A DNA stretch of 64,000 bases from Octopus sinensis (taxonomy: Eukaryota), in the NCBI RefSeq assembly GCF_006345805.1, contig NC_043000.1, positions 26,970,001 to 27,034,000 of the forward strand. Direction: 5' to 3'. Positions 26,856 through 40,079 of the stretch are shown in pieces. The first letter of the stretch is position 1, and each line of letters starts with the position of its first letter. The notes beneath the pieces were generated by a model, which saw only the letters and a list, made by a program, of their open reading frames with translations, searched no databases and had not been told where the DNA came from. Position numbers and translations under genes: made by a program.

Positions 26856-27604
26856 ACTAAGTTTTACAATCTTCGAAGCTTTGGCTTGCCAGCCATCATC
26901 ACACCGTTTGATGCCAGCTAGTATGTCCAACCCTGTAGATAAAAGAATTACTGACATAATTAATCATCTTTATAGAGAGATATTATGTTTCTCATCAATA
27001 AAATTTGTATCTCAATGTCATGGGTAAAAACGAATTATACGATCAATATTCATTTTATTGGGGAAAATATCAGGGTTTTGTTTTTAATTTTGTATATAGT
27101 CATTAAGTGTTTATACTATATTTTGGAATTAACAGTGACAGGAGGTCAGAAAGTACGGAAATATCCTTTGTTCACTATTGAATGTATCGAAATCTTCACC
27201 GAGAAGAGCAAAATGGAGTGAGGTTGACAGGATAAGATAGGAGATGGTGAATAACAATTTTCTGCAAGACAACGAGACAAAACAGTAACAGAATAAATGG
27301 TAAGTTAGACAACCAGCCACATCGCTAGCTACATAGATAATCGAAAAGGGATAGGGAAATTGAGAGAGAGGGAGAACAGAGAAGGAAGTAAGAACGAAAG
27401 CAGAGAGATAAAAAAACTACGTTGCCTCATAAATAATACTGGGAAATTTGTCAAAGAACGACAAGGTAAAGTACGCGTTCCGCTCTATATCACTTTTCCT
27501 TTGGAGATCACTGCAATTTTGGTATCTACTTTACTGTTATTAACTCCTGTGGTGCCTGCTGCACATTTCGGTTGTCAGGTTCCAGAAACGCTCTCGGGAA
27601 AAAT

Positions 27605-28002
27605 GGAAATGGAAATGGAAGCACTCCGTCGATTACGACGATGAGGGTTCCGGTTGATCCGAATCAACGGAACAGCCTGCTCGTGAAATTAACGTGTAAG
27701 TGGCTGAGCACTCCACAGACACGTGTACCCTTAACGCAGTTCTCGGGGATATTCAGCGTGACACAGAGAGTGACAAGGCCGGCCCCTTGAAATACAGGTA
27801 CAACAGAAACAGGAAGTAAGAGTGAGAGAAAGGTGTGGTGAAAGAGTACAGCAGGGATCACCACCATCCCCTGCCGGAGCCTCGTGGAGCTTTTAGGTGT
27901 TTTTGCTCAATAAACACTCACAACGCCCGGTCTGGGAATCGAAACCGCGATCCTATGACCGCGAGTCCGCTGCCCTAACCACTGGGCCATTGCGCCTCCA
28001 CA
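27605..28002 (-). mobile_element. Full-length tRNA-derived SINE (third family) with (TTCCA)n tail and 12-bp TSD
   Basis: Minus-strand head tggaggcgcaatggcccagtggttaggg..ggtttcgattccc; TSD ctcgggaaaaat at 27593-27604 and 28003-28014. Confidence 0.92.
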
Positions 28003-29066
28003 CTCGGGAAAAATAATGAAAGGAAAATAGAAATGTAAAAGACAGGTAACTAAAACAAGCAATATATACTTATGTATATAACTTGATTTAGTAACCAGTC
28101 TCTTCTATCTTTTCTCTTTCAAAAAAGAAAAAAAATGTTTTTCACAGCGTTCACTATTTTCCTCACATTCTGGTCTAACGACCCTCCATATTGCTTTTCG
28201 TTCGGTTTCCTTGTATGTCTCCACTGTCATGTTTTTGTTCCTTAGTTTGACCCTCCATAAAACCTAAATTTTATTTTAGAACTTCTGGGTGCATCTGTCT
28301 TTGAAGACTCACAATGTCGTTGAATGCTCGAAATGGATAGTAGATAGACAGCCGACAACTGATGTTTACTTTGCTGTTTTGCATGTCTTTTCTCGTTGTT
28401 TATGGATTTCATGAAATTTGCACAGTTGATAATGTCCTGTACCTATATATGCATATTTATAGATATAATGTATTATATATTATGTATTATATATTAGTAC
28501 GTTTAAATACAAAATGGCTGACGGTTAGTAAGGAGAGACACAAATAAGAAAGAAGAAAACAAAACAAAACAAAGGACCACTGATGCTGTCACAGGAGTGT
28601 GACGAAAGAACTCTGGCCGAAATAAGATTAAGATTAATGTAAAAAATAAATAACACTGAAGCAAAATAACACCAAATATATAGTGCGTGTGTTTTTATTG
28701 GCTAAACTGGCAATATGACCATTCCTAAATACAACAGTATTATATATTATTTCCTATTTATTATATACTTATGTATATGTGCAAAATGAAGCCGAAAATA
28801 TTGTTGTGGTAATACTTGCTTTTGTTACTCTCCGTCTTCTCGTTTCATCTTTATAATACACCCTACTATGCGTTCATCGTTGATCCAACGATCAATGCAT
28901 AGTATTATTGATGGCGCCTGGTAGCCTTAGGTGGAGAACGTGCTCCACAGATACACGACCTGGGACTTACACTGAAACACAGTTTGGATATTGCGTTTAA
29001 TACCTTCTTTCTAAACATTAATATATATATATATATACGTACGCATGTATGTATATATATATATAA

Positions 29067-29097
<31 letters not shown>

Positions 29098-29112
29098 GTA
29101 TATATATTTATG

Positions 29113-29200
<88 letters not shown>

Positions 29201-29224
29201 CTGTCTTTCTATGTCCACAATACA

Positions 29225-29457
29225 TTGATACGTTTTAGGCAAATTTTGACGTTTGTAGCATGACAGTGCAAAGGCCCAGATTTCATGAAGAACATCATCA
29301 CTGGTGATGAGGCATGAGTTTAAGGCCTCTGCTCGGTGCGTTCGGTTATCTTGTTGCAAACGAAAATCCAACGTGGGCGGACTACATGTTTTTATTCTAG
29401 CCGCAACAACCGGCGCGAAATGGCGGCGTAGTGTGCTTTTCGAATGCAACTCGTATA
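29225..29457. mobile_element. Rearranged Tc1/mariner remnant
   Basis: Plus strand PDFMKNIITGDEA (ITGDE motif). The minus strand carries a TIR-like tacgagttgcattcgaaaag next to (TA)n and the transposase-start-like TEQR. Confidence 0.6.
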
Positions 29458-29649
29458 TATAAATGTATGTATGTGTTTGTGTGAGTGTGTATGCATATGT
29501 ATATATCTATGTATATATGTATATATGTATATATGTGTATGTGTATATGTATGTATTTATAGATAGTTATGTGTGTGTGCGCGCGAATGTGTGTGTGTGT
29601 TGTATCTGTGGTGCGTGGGTTTGTATTTCATGCAATTTTATGCGAGGGT

Positions 29650-29830
29650 TTTGTTGATTTATTTACAGTAAATTCAATATTAAACTACATCCATGTAACA
29701 CTGAACCTGACAACTGGCAAAATACTATCCTCGCAGAAAGCTTTATGGGGAATCCTCATACATAAATATATATATATACTAATCACCCACAATCCGCTGT
29801 AATTTCTTAATATGCATAGATACAACGTAG
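29650..29830 (+). mobile_element. Small PLE RT fragment
   Basis: NYIHVTLNLTTGK resembles the PLE motif NFLDVTLNLTTGK. Confidence 0.45.
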
Positions 29831-30163
29831 CTTATACCGAAATACTTCCTCTTGCTTAGGTTTCAATACAACTGAAATAGCAGAATCTATTTACGGTTGC
29901 ACCACTTTTGTGAAATAAAACAGCAGCGAAGTATTCAGCCGAACTCTGACTACTATCTTAAATAAATGACGCATTGACAGATATAATTGTGGGTACTGAA
30001 TGTCAGAAATAACAATTAAGTTCTCAACAGTAATGTCTTCGATCGTTCATGGATATGCATGTCTAGATTTGACCAGAGACTAATAAAAAAATTATTTTAT
30101 TTTACTAAGTTCCTAAACAGGAACAACAATTGCTTGTTATCAGAAATCTAAGGGCAGTGAATT

Positions 30164-30396
30164 TATTTCTTTATTGCACACAAGGGGCTAGACATAGAGG
30201 GGATAAGCAATGACAGACAAAGGGACTGAGTCGATTACATCGACCCCAGTGCCTAATTGGTACTTATTTAATCGACTCCGAAAGGATGAAAGGCAAAGTC
30301 GACCACGGCGGAATTTGAACTCAGAACGTAGCGGCAGACGAAATACCACTAGGCATTTCGCCTGGCGTGCTAACGATTCTGCCAGCTCGTCGCCCT
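30164..30396 (-). mobile_element. Nin-domain-like SINE, full length, 18-bp TSD
   Basis: TSD atctaagggcagtgaatt at 30146-30163 and 30397-30414. Confidence 0.95.
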
Positions 30397-32248
30397 ATCT
30401 AAGGGCAGTGAATTAGCAGAGTATTGTGTTAGCCACACTGTCATTTATTTCGCCCCTCTACGCTCTGCGTTCAAATCTTACTAAGATTATCTCTGCCTTT
30501 CATCGTTTCGTGGTCGATAGAGCATTCCAAAACAAACTTGGTGGAATAGCCAGCGAGTCGCTTGAATTCTTTTTTCTCTTTTCTGAAACGTGCTCCACTA
30601 TTTTGCATTCTAGTAGCAACTCTTGCACCGAGACTGGTGTTAAGCTGTATCTATCTTATCCTCTGGGTAAACATCAGTGGCAACAAGAGACAAGACATGT
30701 ACGAGTGCAAAATTACTAATCTTAAAATACTTTCTGGCCAGAAATACACATACGTATGCCGTTACAACTAAATATGGATGACGAAACCGCTTCATAGAAT
30801 CTAGATTAACATTTATTCGTTTATATAATCTCTCGTTTTGCATAAAGTTGAATCAAAATCGAATTGATAAATAATTCGAATAGTATATAATAAAACCCAG
30901 AGAGACAACTCGTATGTTTTCATTTACAGTATGTATGCAGATATAAGAAAAATATACAAGAAATGCAAGGCCGTAGATATCTTTTTGATTGTCCCACTGC
31001 AAGAAAATGAGTGAAATATCTGCGATACACATACATTTGAACAGCAGAAACAACTGGAATTATATTAACTGATGAATCAAACATACAAAGCTTTGTTGGA
31101 TTTTATAGAAAGTTCTGCTCTATGCGACATGAATGTAATTATAGTTCCGTAAGAATTTCTTTGTGTATTACATGTATTGATAAGGTCTCAAGTTTATATT
31201 TGTGAAATAACATCGAATCCTCCATCCATATTTCTGATAACTATTCTTTTATGAAATAAATATGTTATAGTAGGCGTTCTTTGAAAGCATGATAAAATCC
31301 CAGTTAAAAGTTAGTGGCGGTCTGATCACTGGAGAACATAGGATACTGGTGATGGAACGGGATATATAGTACATTGGTTCGTTGTCCAAACCAATTGCCA
31401 ATTGTAATCGAATTTATGTGTTTATGTTTATCTATCTACATGCATGTACGTACACACACATATACATATATACGTGTGTGTGTGTGTGTGCTTTTATATG
31501 TTTATATGAAGATTGCTGTTACACTAGAAGAATATTATGTCTTCGTAAACTCTCCTTCCACAAAAAGATTAACGCATTTGTTTATTTACGTCGAGGAACC
31601 TTAAAAACAATTAGAAATTAAACGAAACACAGCAAATTATTATCCAGATTCATTATTGCAAACATCAAATTTTTTGCCTTAACAGGAAATATTTGACAAA
31701 ACTAAATACAAAAAAACATCATCCATTAGATATTTTTCTGTTTTTTCTTTTTTGTAGGAAACAAGTTGTTCATTTGTGTGCCGATGTGTAACTGCCTCCC
31801 CATAAATGGCGACAATATATCAGCCAGAGAACACATTCCAGACCACCGTTAAATCATATAATTCAGACACCGCACAATACGTTGGTCGCCATCTGTTCAA
31901 TTCGCAAAGGCATGTTTATAAGTTAGCGTTCAAGATTTAATAATTTAATTCTGTCTCTTCCATTCTTCCGTATAGTAATTTACTTTTTTCCTTTATATTT
32001 GAAATTTTATTATCTCATCGTTTCTACTAGAATATTTGTTCAAATATCGATCCTTGAATTTGAACATCAATCTATTTTAACCAAGGAAATCGGTAATTAG
32101 TTCTCCAGACAATGGTTATAATCTGTATACTGATTATATTACAATGGATTTATGCAGTAAATTTGAAATCTTGTAATGAGAAGGTTTTGTTTTATTTATA
32201 TACAATTTATTTTTTTATCTCAGATACTTTTCTATTTTTTTTTCTCAG

Positions 32249-32284
32249 ACAGAAGATACAAGGGTAGTCAAATTCGAAACCTTA
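32249..32284 (+). other. Candidate 36-nt microexon (TEDTRVVKFETL or xRRYKGSQIRNL)
   Basis: ttttctattttttttttctcag|...ACCTTA|gtaagt; length divisible by 3; two frames open. Confidence 0.4.
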
Positions 32285-32789
32285 GTAAGTTTGAAATAAA
32301 ACAAAATGAAAATAGCTCAGATGTAGCTAGGATAAAAAAGAAAACATTTAAAAGTAAACAGGAACAGAAAAAAACCGTTCGAAATAAATTACAAACTAAT
32401 TTCATTGAGAAGAGCAATTTTCTGTATTTCAGCTTCAAGCTGATAAAGAACAGTGATAAACCGCAAGTGTTTGGAAGTACATCACCGCAGTAAAGATGTG
32501 GACGTCGGTGTGCTAGTGTTCGCACTAGCGCACATACACACACGCATAATCGGAAAAGTAGACAAAAATACATACACATATAATGAGTGGTAGAAACCTC
32601 TGATTTGAGATGAAATTTCCTAAGGGGTCTCAGTACGAATGGAGAGATAGAAACAATACGTATTTAAAACTGTGCGTCATTATTGTGTATATCCGTTCGC
32701 GCATGAGAGCGTATGTGTATGAATGTGCGTACTTATCTAAGTATATGTTTGCATGAATGCATGTATGTACATATGCATAGTCATTATCT

Positions 32790-32988
32790 ATATTCTTTTC
32801 TGTTCTAGGCACAAGGCCCATAATTTTTGGAGGAGGGGCCACTCGATTAGACTGACGCCAGTACGCAACTAGTACTTAATTTATCGACCTCGAAATAATG
32901 AAAGGCAACGTCGACCTCGGCAGAATTTGAACTTGAATCGTAAAGAAAAGTGAAATACAGCTAAGTATTTCTGCCAGTTCACCGCCTT
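32790..32988 (-). mobile_element. Nin-domain-like SINE, diverged
   Basis: tttatcgacctcgaaataatgaaaggcaacgtcgacctcggcagaatttgaac. Confidence 0.8.
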
Positions 32989-33117
32989 AGCCATTAACTA
33001 TATTTATTGCACACACACGTATCTATATCAGTGTAGATGTATTTTATTACGTTTCCGCTCACACACACCTCCTTATCAATCTGATCTTGCATATAAGTAT
33101 ATCTATATCTATGTATG

Positions 33118-33170
<53 letters not shown>

Positions 33171-33576
33171 GTGTGTGTGTGTGGGGGAGGATTGTATATG
33201 TGTTGTACATGTGTATCTGCTCACGTACTCATACTTCAATCTAGGAAAGCGGATACACAAACCTCATGGAGGAAGAAAGCAGTGCATGATAGGAGAAGTA
33301 AAAGTAAATGAAATCGCAACAAACACGAACAGTTCAAGATATTCGTGTCTTCGCGTGAATTTGCTGACTATGGCTATGTTAGCGTAACATATATACGCAT
33401 ATATACACACATACATACATGCATACATACATATATATATATACATATATATATACGTCTTTTGTTTATTTCCGTAAACCTGCCTTCGTCTTTTGTCTAT
33501 TTTCATAAGCTTCCCGTTATATATATACATATATATTTATATATGCATGAATATATGTATATACATACGTATATAT

Positions 33577-33625
<49 letters not shown>

Positions 33626-33627
33626 TA

Positions 33628-33895
33628 TAATTTATATATAGAGGGCATTATACATACATGCCAGAAGGCATTATACATACATGCCACACGCTAAGAGGGA
33701 CAATTAGTCCCTCTTAGCGTGTGGCATGTATGTATAATGCCTTCTGGCATGTATGTATAATGCCCTCTATATATAAATTAATATGTTCAATAAGAAATAA
33801 TTATTTTCGAAATTTTTTCTCTTATGAGGTTTTCACGCTATCTACCTGACAATTTCTTGTTAAGTTTTCCTTATTAAGTAGTTGTCCTTAATTGC

Positions 33896-33900
<5 letters not shown>
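33628..33900 (+). mobile_element. Partial copy of the 477-bp retrozyme-like unit with a perfect 5' fold-back (74-bp arms, 5-nt loop)
   Basis: 33707-33900 matches the array unit; 33628-33701 is the exact reverse complement of 33707-33780; flanked by (TA)n. Confidence 0.9.
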
Positions 33901-33972
<72 letters not shown>

Positions 33973-34399
33973 CGTATGTATATGTATGTATATATACATA
34001 TACGCATATATACATATATATATATATGTGTGTGTGTGTAAGTGTACACATATGTGTGTATAAGTGGGTGAAAGTGTAATTTCCTTTCTTTATGAATCAT
34101 TTATTTGCTGCATTTTGCAATTTTGTTCTTAATTTTCACAATAAAATATGCCATGTATATTTAAACAGCAATCTTATGACAGTTTGTATTTCAGTTCTCT
34201 GATATAATCTGCTTTGCTTATATCTTGTTTAGCACGAACTCATTTTTTCCATAGATTCCTCATTCACTTCCTCCTATCTGTGGTTTTGTGTTCTTATTGC
34301 AAATACGTGTGTTTGTAGCTTTGTTGGCAATGAAACTGCTGACGAGAGAAATCACAAGGTATTTAGGTCATGTAATTTAGGTAAAGCATCGAATGAATA

Positions 34400-35060
34400 A
34401 CCAAGCATATTGTTTGAAGTTAGTATATCATATCGTGAACGTTGATATATTTTGAGGAAGGATGAGATATTCTGATATTGATTAATAATAGTGTATTACG
34501 CTGCAGAGGAATACGTAATGTGTTGCTCTTCTTTTGGAAGGATTTATATTTAGAGTTGGAAAAACGGTTACGAAATTCCAGTGTGCTATTGTCATGATTG
34601 TTTAAGTGAATGTTGATGTAACTGCTGATAATGATATTAAAGTAATGGAGGGAGACAAAACCAACAAAGTCATAGAATTCGTTATGCAAATTGCCTATGA
34701 CAAGTGTTCTGTATATGCAAAACACTGCATAGAATTTCCGTTTGATAAAAAGTTTAAATAGCTGCCAACACGTTCAGAAGGTATGAATGATAATAAAAAA
34801 GGGAAATTGGTGAAACTAAAGGATTATATAACTTCTAGAATGCTTTCTCCAAAGAAATATGACACGGTAAACATCAGAAATCTGCAGTACACTCGACGAT
34901 GAAAATGGAATCTACATTGTTCCCTTATAATATTGATCCCTTCTAACAATGATGTAAAGATTGTAGCTTTGTTATGCATTGACCACGCATTCCAGAGCTT
35001 GCACACTTCGCCAAACATGTAGAATAAACTTCGTCGTCTTTGAAGTAATGCCATAGCAAC
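34400..35060 (-). mobile_element. Degraded PLE RT fragment
   Basis: RRSLF..GEVCKL and YKSFQKKSNTL resemble the PLE motifs ARKSLLF..GAEVCEL and YKPFRKPNN. Confidence 0.5.
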
Positions 35061-35395
35061 GCTTCAAGATAATGTAACTAAAATTCAAAATTACATGGGT
35101 TTATACGAAGGTGATTTCAAAACACGTTATGTAAACCACAATTCTTCTTTTCAGGACATCCACAAAAGTAAAGCCACTGAGTTAGCTAGCCACGTATGGG
35201 GCACACCACGTACAATAAAGTGGAGAATCGTAGAAAAATTCATGCCATGTGTAAATGGATTTACGAAATGCAACTTATGCGTAGATGAATGATTGTGCGT
35301 TCTTTTAAGATTTAGGAATTCCACCGCCCAACTTAATTCCGGATCTTAAATTTTCAGCAAATGCAAACATATAAACACATTTCTTTTAGCGAACC
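35061..35395 (+). mobile_element. PLE GIY-YIG endonuclease C-terminal remnant
   Basis: YMGLYEGDFKTRYVNHNSSF..ATELASHVW..IKWRIV..CNLCVDE..FSKCKH. Confidence 0.8.
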
Positions 35396-35761
35396 GGAGG
35401 ACACAATCCTCTCCGGATGGAGCTGTCGCCTGGCAGATTTTTGACTCCTTTCCGTTACGTTATCCTAAAACAACGAGTTTCATTATGGCTTATAAGGTCA
35501 AAGAGGGCGTAACTCTAATTTCCATTTTTTCTTTTATTTTGTTGCCGTTTTATTCGCCCTTCCACTTGTTGCATCAACCTTCTCGTTTTTTCACCTCTTC
35601 TCGTGGTTTCTCATGTGCCAGCGTCCTGATTTTTAAATAGAGTAGACCATGTGCTCAGGGCCAGCAGACTGCTCGGAAAGACAAGACACGTTATATAGAT
35701 TTGCTTAACTATGTGTCTTTATAGCAAGAAATTACAACTGGCTCTTATCTTTAAACTGTGT

Positions 35762-35981
35762 ACTCTTTTACTCTTTTACTTGTTTCAGTCATTTGACTGC
35801 GGCCATGCTGGATCACCGCCTTTAATCGAGCAACTCGACGCCGGGACTTATTCTTTTGTAAGCCCAGTACTTATTCTATCGGTCTCTTTTGCCGAACCGT
35901 TAAGTAACGGGGACATAAACACACCAGCATCGGTTGTCAAGCAATGCTAGGGGGACAGACATAGACACACAAACACACACA

Positions 35982-36013
<32 letters not shown>

Positions 36014-36176
36014 CGACGGGCTTCTTTCAGTTTCCATCTACCAAATCCACTCACAAGGCTTTGGTCGGCCCGAGACTATAGTAGAATACACTTGCCCAAG
36101 GTGCCACGCAGTGGGACTGAACCCGGAACCATGTGGTTGGTAAACAAGCTACTTACCACACAGCCACTCCTGCGCC
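35762..36176 (-). mobile_element. CORE-like SINE, full length
   Basis: Reverse complement of the family consensus seen at 15907. Confidence 0.93.
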
Positions 36177-36255
36177 TATTAGAATAAATTATATTTATCT
36201 CTCATTGGAAGGAACTTTTTTTAATTGAACTTGCCTTAATAACAGGACAGTAAAT

Positions 36256-36320
<65 letters not shown>

Positions 36321-36851
36321 ATGTATATATGTGTATATGTGGTGGTTTTCAGAAATGATGTTCTGCACAAATGTGTTAAGAAATATTAAGTCGGTCCCGG
36401 CAGGGTTGTTCAAATCATATCTCTGAAATATTCTTGTCAGTTCTTTTCTCGATATATCCATGGCTTGCACATGCAACTGCTATGTATTTGTTAAATTGTC
36501 ATCACTGCAAAGTACTGATTAATACATTTTTGAAAAATTACACCTGTAGCAATGAATGACAACTTTCAGAAACGAGATATATTACAGGAGGTTGTGAGTA
36601 GAAAAGAGACCAAAGTACGGAAAAATAAAATAAAGCAAAAAGGGGCAAAACATCATCTTTTGGACTGAATATTTAGAAACTAATTATGGGAAACGATAGA
36701 ACCCTACACAAGAAACGGAGCCCCTTTCCTATATCGAATAAACAATAGGTTGGGTGTTCACTTTGGTATAAATTGGAGTCGTAAAAATGGAATTCAGTAT
36801 AAATATTCTCCGAGTACTCACATTTATTTTTGGCTATAAGCTGTAAAACAG

Positions 36852-36889
<38 letters not shown>

Positions 36890-36892
<3 letters not shown>

Positions 36893-37078
36893 GGAGAATT
36901 CAATAAAAAACAAAAGACCAAGACAGGTGGTGTAGACAACAAATACATATATTAGTTTAACGCTCGCGAAGTGAAGAAGTCTTTAACATTTCGAGCCTAC
37001 ACTCTTCCACAGAAAGGAACACAGAAAGAAACAAGGAGGGAAAATAAAGAATGTGTAGTCGCTAGCGATCTATCATGA
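36890..37078 (-). repeat. Dispersed microsatellite-flanked repeat with HHR-like motif (same family as ~43290-43450, +)
   Basis: Minus strand ctgtgga-a-gagt gtag gctc-gaaatgtt. Confidence 0.55.
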
Positions 37079-37100
37079 CGAATGATAGAATTATATATAT

Positions 37101-37226
<126 letters not shown>

Positions 37227-37394
37227 ATTAGCTTAGTCTCGAGGCTCCCAAAAAGACGGTTCTGCAATTTTTTGTTGAATAAGCTGCACAGATGATTTGA
37301 TTATTATCATGTAGTATTCCTACTGCGCATGCGCTCACTCTCTCAATGAAATCCCCATCACGTGTATAGGTGCAATAGTGATCGCAAAACAGCG

Positions 37395-37510
37395 GGTAAT
37401 GAAGAGTCTTGTCAAAGAACAAAACGCACCGCACCTTCCGGGAATCGATCCTACGATTTCACGATCCTAAGTGCAGTGTCGTAAGCACAAGTACCCTAAA
37501 CACGGCACCC
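37395..37510 (-). mobile_element. Degenerate SINE head
   Basis: cttgtcaaagaacaaaacgc..ccgggaatcgatcctacgat resembles a reversed tRNA/CORE head. Confidence 0.45.
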
Positions 37511-38415
37511 TAAGCACTAAACGAGTGCTGAACCCTAAACATTATGCACTCTCACACATAAATATAAATTCACATTAATACACATCCAGAGAAACAGAAG
37601 TACATATGTATAAATATAAACTTGTGTACATGTGTAGTAAAATTTGTCTATGTATATATAATTCATGTATAAACATATATAGTCTTTTTACAACTATTTA
37701 CTATTTATTGTTTTTGTTTTTCATAATAAGGTTTTTATAATATATGCTTTCTATATGGTGTGAATATCTTTCATTATTGAATTGTTTAATAGAGTTTTTC
37801 TCAAAATTTTATATATATATATATGTATATAGCAATAGCTCACATACATGTGTGTGTATATATGTGTATGTGTGTGTGTATGTGTCTCTATGTGTGTATA
37901 TAGAAACACATACAAACATACACACCAGTGACATTTATCGATACATCATACTGCTTGTGCTTTTATCATACAAATTATAGTAGCAATTCCTTATTCAGTA
38001 CATGTACCAGAAGGAATAAAGTGACGAAACGAAAATGATACGTTTTCCATGCAAATTACTAAGAAACGAGCTTCAGTTTTGATCATTTTAAAACGAAAGA
38101 CTGCAGCTGCATACGTACACACGCACACACACACACACATATACACACCTGGTTTACTGTTCTGTTAAGGGAGGATCAACAAAACAAGTAGTCCAACCAG
38201 TATTCGATGAATATTATTTAATGTACACTGTACTATAACAAGAATCACTAATAAATTCTAGCCATCGAAACACGTAGTTAGAGATAATTTTCTAACGTAC
38301 CTTATATCACAATAGGAAGAAAGTATTCATACTGATATATATATATAAAACTATGACTTAAAGTATATAAGTAACTATGACTAATCTAACTATGACTTAA
38401 CCATCCTTTCACACC

Positions 38416-38467
38416 GTCTAAGATGAAGGGATATTATTAATAAATATCCTGGAAACAGCTGTAAGAC
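38416..38467 (+). ncRNA. Degenerate PLE-type hammerhead motif
   Basis: gtct-AAGATGA-agggatatt attaat aaatatcctg-GAAAC-AGCT-GTA-agac; the first two core bases deviate from CU. Confidence 0.45.
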
Positions 38468-38566
38468 ATTCTTTCTATAAATGCTCTAATATCTACACAC
38501 CCTTGGTTTTTTTCTATCTCATTACGCAAAACATTCTTATATACACACGCTTACACACACACACAC

Positions 38567-38601
<35 letters not shown>

Positions 38602-39272
38602 TGCACACACACAATATAACCGAATATAAGGATAAATATCACGTTAATGATTTGAATCAAGTAGTCAGCATGCTATTAAAATTTATACGCAACTAATATT
38701 TTAAATTAATAATAATGTACATATGTATATAATTATATCAACGAACAGTAATTTAAAGTAAAGTTTATTTGCCAATCTAATCTAGCAGTCTCGTTTGGGA
38801 TGAAAGCTACCGTCGTTTAGCCAGCTGGAGACGATGTGTCCTTTTAGTATAGTGTACTTTAAGGGATATTCATCGCTTACTGATTGGAGTATTGTATTTT
38901 GTTGACGAAACAATAAAGCTATTTTTTACTTTAATCCAGAAATTGAAACCAATTCACTATTAACGTGAGGTTTTTAAAATTTTCTCCCACTAGCTCGCTT
39001 TCAGCTCCGTGTATATTTTAGTTGGAGGTTTAGGTAGTTTTTGAAGGTATCGGCACTTCAAGCATGCTGGAGAATGGTCGTATTCGTTCGATCTCCCTTG
39101 ATATAATTATATATATATATATATATTTATCTTGTTTTATTTTCCTTATATATATATCTGTACATATAAACAAAATTGTCCGACGAATTGGAGCGGGAAA
39201 ATTGGAGAGTAACAGTCTTCTTGATAATCATGCCGCTTTTCAATGAAGTATATATGTTTATATGTATAGATG

Positions 39273-39303
<31 letters not shown>

Positions 39304-39334
39304 ATTATTTATTTATAAAGTGTATGCACGCACA

Positions 39335-39590
39335 TATATATGAAACTTGCTCCCCAACCACATGGATCCAGATTCAGTCTTACGGCGTGGCAAATTTGGC
39401 ACGTGCCTTGTACTATATACCCGGGCCAATTAAAGCCTATTGAACGGATTTGGAGAGAAAATTGAAAGCGGTTCTGCATAGGAGACCCATACTATGGATA
39501 CTAATCTTTAAATAAGTAGGTAGTGGAATAGACATGTAAGCTGAAGATGGTGCCCCAGCATGGCTGAAGTCCAGTGAATAAAACAAATAC
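39335..39590 (+). mobile_element. Degenerate CORE-like SINE
   Basis: aaccacatggatccagattcagtc..ccgggccaattaaagcc..ggtgccccagcatggc. Confidence 0.65.
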
Positions 39591-40079
39591 AAAAATTATG
39601 TATGAGTGTGTGTTTGTGAGTGTGTGTGAGTGAGTGTATGTCTGAACGTGTGTGCATGTGTGTGCGTGCGAGCGCGTTGTATAAATTGTGATGGTGTAAA
39701 TTTTTATATATTAATAAATGAAAGTTTTCTGAATTTGGATAAATACCATTTATTGAGCGCTTTCATTTCCTTCGGGGATTCGTCTTGAATTGTGACAAGA
39801 ATTCAAAGACAACATATTTAACATATTGAATTATGTAAGTTCCCACTGAGCAAACATCTAGAAATATTCGAAAACAACGCATTGAAAATCTTTTCATTCT
39901 GTCAATGCCCAAGTGGTTATCTAAAATACCGGTAGAAAATAGAAATACATTTTATTAAAAAAATCTTTTCACCGAAACTAAACGAGTAAAGAGTTTATTT
40001 ATAAAAAAAAACATGGGCATGTTTTATTAGAAAAATTACTTCACCAAGTGAACCAAACCAAATAAACATTGACTTTTAT

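Noticed and set aside
31758-31935. 44-codon ORF MATIYQPENTF.. spliced to the 32249 microexon via a GC donor
   Set aside because: The phase leads to an immediate stop in the microexon; product unrecognised.
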